DNA of 64,000 nt from Parcubacteria group bacterium (GTDB taxonomy: Bacteria; Patescibacteriota; Minisyncoccia; Moranbacterales; UBA11712): the NCBI GenBank assembly GCA_041659065.1, contig JBAZYY010000005.1, positions 974 to 64,973 on the forward strand. The letters are read 5' to 3'. Shown here piece by piece: positions 62,584 through 64,000 of this stretch (position 1 is its first letter; every line of letters starts with the position of its first letter). The translations under genes were made by a program, and so were the position numbers. The notes beneath the pieces are model-generated. The model did no database searches. It worked only from the letters and a program-made list of their open reading frames with translations, and had not been told where the DNA came from.

Positions 62584-63348
62584 GTGGAACTCAAGCAACA
62601 GCTTCAACAATTAGATCTCACAGGCAAAAAGGCGGATGTGTATCTCGCCTGTCTTGAGCTTGGGTCAGCCACCGTCATTGAAATCGCCAAAAAAGCCGGT
62701 ATCAAACGGACTACGGCCTATGATATTTTGATGGATCTCGCACAACGTGGCTTGGTTTCCGAAACGGTGAAAGGTAAAAAGCGGCTATTTGTCGGTGAAG
62801 ACCCAGAAAAGATCAGGAAAGATCTACAGCGAAAAGAAAATCTCATTTCTGAAATTTTACCCATGCTCAAATCGGTATATAATGTGAGAGGCGTAAAGCC
62901 GAAGATCCGATTCTATGAAGGTATTGAGGGACTCAAGGAAACTTACAACGACACTTTGAAATATTCGGGAGAAATTTTTGCTTTCGCTTCCGAAGATGTG
63001 GTGAAAATATTGGGCAATGAGTGGACGACGGAATACGTGCTGAAAAGAGCGAAGAAAGGGATTCATGCTAAGGCGATCATGCCGGCGAGCGAAATAGTTT
63101 CCGGTTATGCGGAAAAAGATCCAGAACACCTCAGAACTTCAAAATTAATCGATCCAAAAAAATATCCGTTTTCAATGGAAATTAATATTTACGGCCACAG
63201 CAAAGTTTCCTTGATGTCTTCCAAAGAACAGTTGGGACTTGTCATTGAAAGCACGGAGATATATAATACGATGAAGCTAATTTTTGAATTACTCTGGGAT
63301 AACTTACCAGAAGTTAAAGTCACGAAACATGTGACCCAAAACATATAA
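62584..63348 (+). CDS. TrmB-family transcriptional regulator (GTG start)
   Basis: The wHTH is KKADVYLACLELGSATVIEIAKKAGIKRTTAYDILMDLAQRGLV. The C-terminal domain matches the other paralogs. The start codon is GTG at 62584. Confidence 0.7.
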   Translation: MELKQQLQQLDLTGKKADVYLACLELGSATVIEIAKKAGIKRTTAYDILMDLAQRGLVSETVKGKKRLFVGEDPEKIRKDLQRKENLISEILPMLKSVYNVRGVKPKIRFYEGIEGLKETYNDTLKYSGEIFAFASEDVVKILGNEWTTEYVLKRAKKGIHAKAIMPASEIVSGYAEKDPEHLRTSKLIDPKKYPFSMEINIYGHSKVSLMSSKEQLGLVIESTEIYNTMKLIFELLWDNLPEVKVTKHVTQNI

Positions 63349-63396
63349 CGCGATTTTTAAAATCTTGCGTTACATGTTTCGTGATATATAAACGAC

Positions 63397-64000
63397 ATGT
63401 CAGGACACTCACATTTCGCAGGTATAAAACACAAAAAAGCCGCCCAGGATGCCAAGCGGGCTAATGTTTTCACGAAAGTTGCGCGAATCGTCACTTTAGC
63501 TGCCAAGGAAGGCGGCGGCAATCCGGATATGAATTTTAAATTACGTCTCGCAGTCGATCAGGCGCGCGCAGTGAATATGCCAAAAGACAACATTGATCGC
63601 GCCATCAAGCGCGGAACTGGCGAGCTCAAGGATCAAGCGGTAATTGAGGAGGTTGTCTACGAGGCATTGGCATTTGGGAATATCGCTATGTTAATCAAAG
63701 CCGCCACTGACAATAAAAACCGGACCATATCCGAGTTAAAAGGAGTTTTTGCGAAGAATAACGCCAAGCTTGTTCCCGCCAGAAGTCTCGCGCATCTCTT
63801 CAAGAATGTCGGCGTAATCTACGTCGACACCGCAGAAAAAGATGCCGATGAAATTGAACTCGCGGCAATTGAAGCTGGAGCGATTGACACGAGTTTCCAA
63901 GCTGAAATCCTGCAGGCGTACACAGATCCTCGTGATCTTCGAGAAATAAAAGACAATCTTGAAAAAAAAGGAATCTCAGTCGAAAGTGCCGGCTTGATCT
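63397..64000 (+). CDS. yebC: YebC/PmpR-family transcriptional regulatory protein (3' end outside window)
   Basis: The protein begins MSGHSHFAGIKHKKAAQDAKRANVFTKVARIVTLAAKEGGGNPDMNFKLRLAVDQARAVNMPKDNIDRAIKRG, the canonical YebC N-terminus. The frame is open to the window end. Confidence 0.8.
   Translation, partial: MSGHSHFAGIKHKKAAQDAKRANVFTKVARIVTLAAKEGGGNPDMNFKLRLAVDQARAVNMPKDNIDRAIKRGTGELKDQAVIEEVVYEALAFGNIAMLIKAATDNKNRTISELKGVFAKNNAKLVPARSLAHLFKNVGVIYVDTAEKDADEIELAAIEAGAIDTSFQAEILQAYTDPRDLREIKDNLEKKGISVESAGLI

Noticed and set aside
63341-63379. The inverted repeat AAACATATAACGC...GCGTTACATGTTT after the TrmB gene as a rho-independent terminator
   Set aside because: It has a reasonable 13-bp stem (1 mismatch) but is not followed by a T-run. 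It may be an operator or the yebC promoter region instead, so it is left uncalled.

Overview
This AT-rich window (about 40% GC) has short intergenic spacers and uses the standard genetic code: TGA acts as a stop, including in several ATGA stop/start overlaps. The gene content looks like a small-genome anaerobic bacterium of the Candidate Phyla Radiation (CPR)/Patescibacteria type. This rests on many TrmB-like regulators, lamin-tail-domain surface proteins, a superoxide reductase plus rubrerythrin pair, and sparse biosynthesis.

Housekeeping genes called with good confidence are rpoD-dnaG, ahcY with a PfkB kinase, tRNA-Ser(GGA), ppsA and pyk, htpX-lemA, murE with a FemAB-family gene, ruvA, rpsT, holA, mutM, polA, tsaE, ruvB, and a 3'-partial yebC.

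Two loci do not look like housekeeping:
- At 36.3-42.8 kb there is a translationally coupled operon: a NodU/CmcH-type carbamoyltransferase fused to a SAM-methyltransferase-like domain, a LOG-family nucleotide N-glycosidase, and a paralogous stand-alone methyltransferase. It is flanked by a TrmB-like regulator and a cobalamin-binding radical SAM enzyme.
- At 49.2-51.2 kb a methyltransferase is coupled to an unusual fusion of GTP cyclohydrolase II (RibA) with a TrpF/PRAI-like isomerase domain. This operon sits behind a divergent promoter region carrying two near-identical 19-21 bp palindromes.

Other notable features:
- A tandem-duplicated (double) PilB/GspE secretion ATPase.
- A membrane-spanning winged-helix/FGE-sulfatase-domain one-component regulator.
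- A GC-rich structured element closed by a 22-bp stem downstream of the ATPase gene.
- A four-gene operon of secreted and membrane hypothetical proteins.
- A pervasive family of degenerate heptanucleotide tandem repeats (T-rich on one strand). These occur in intergenic DNA and as in-frame insertions inside essential genes (dnaG, murE, femAB, mutM, tsaE).
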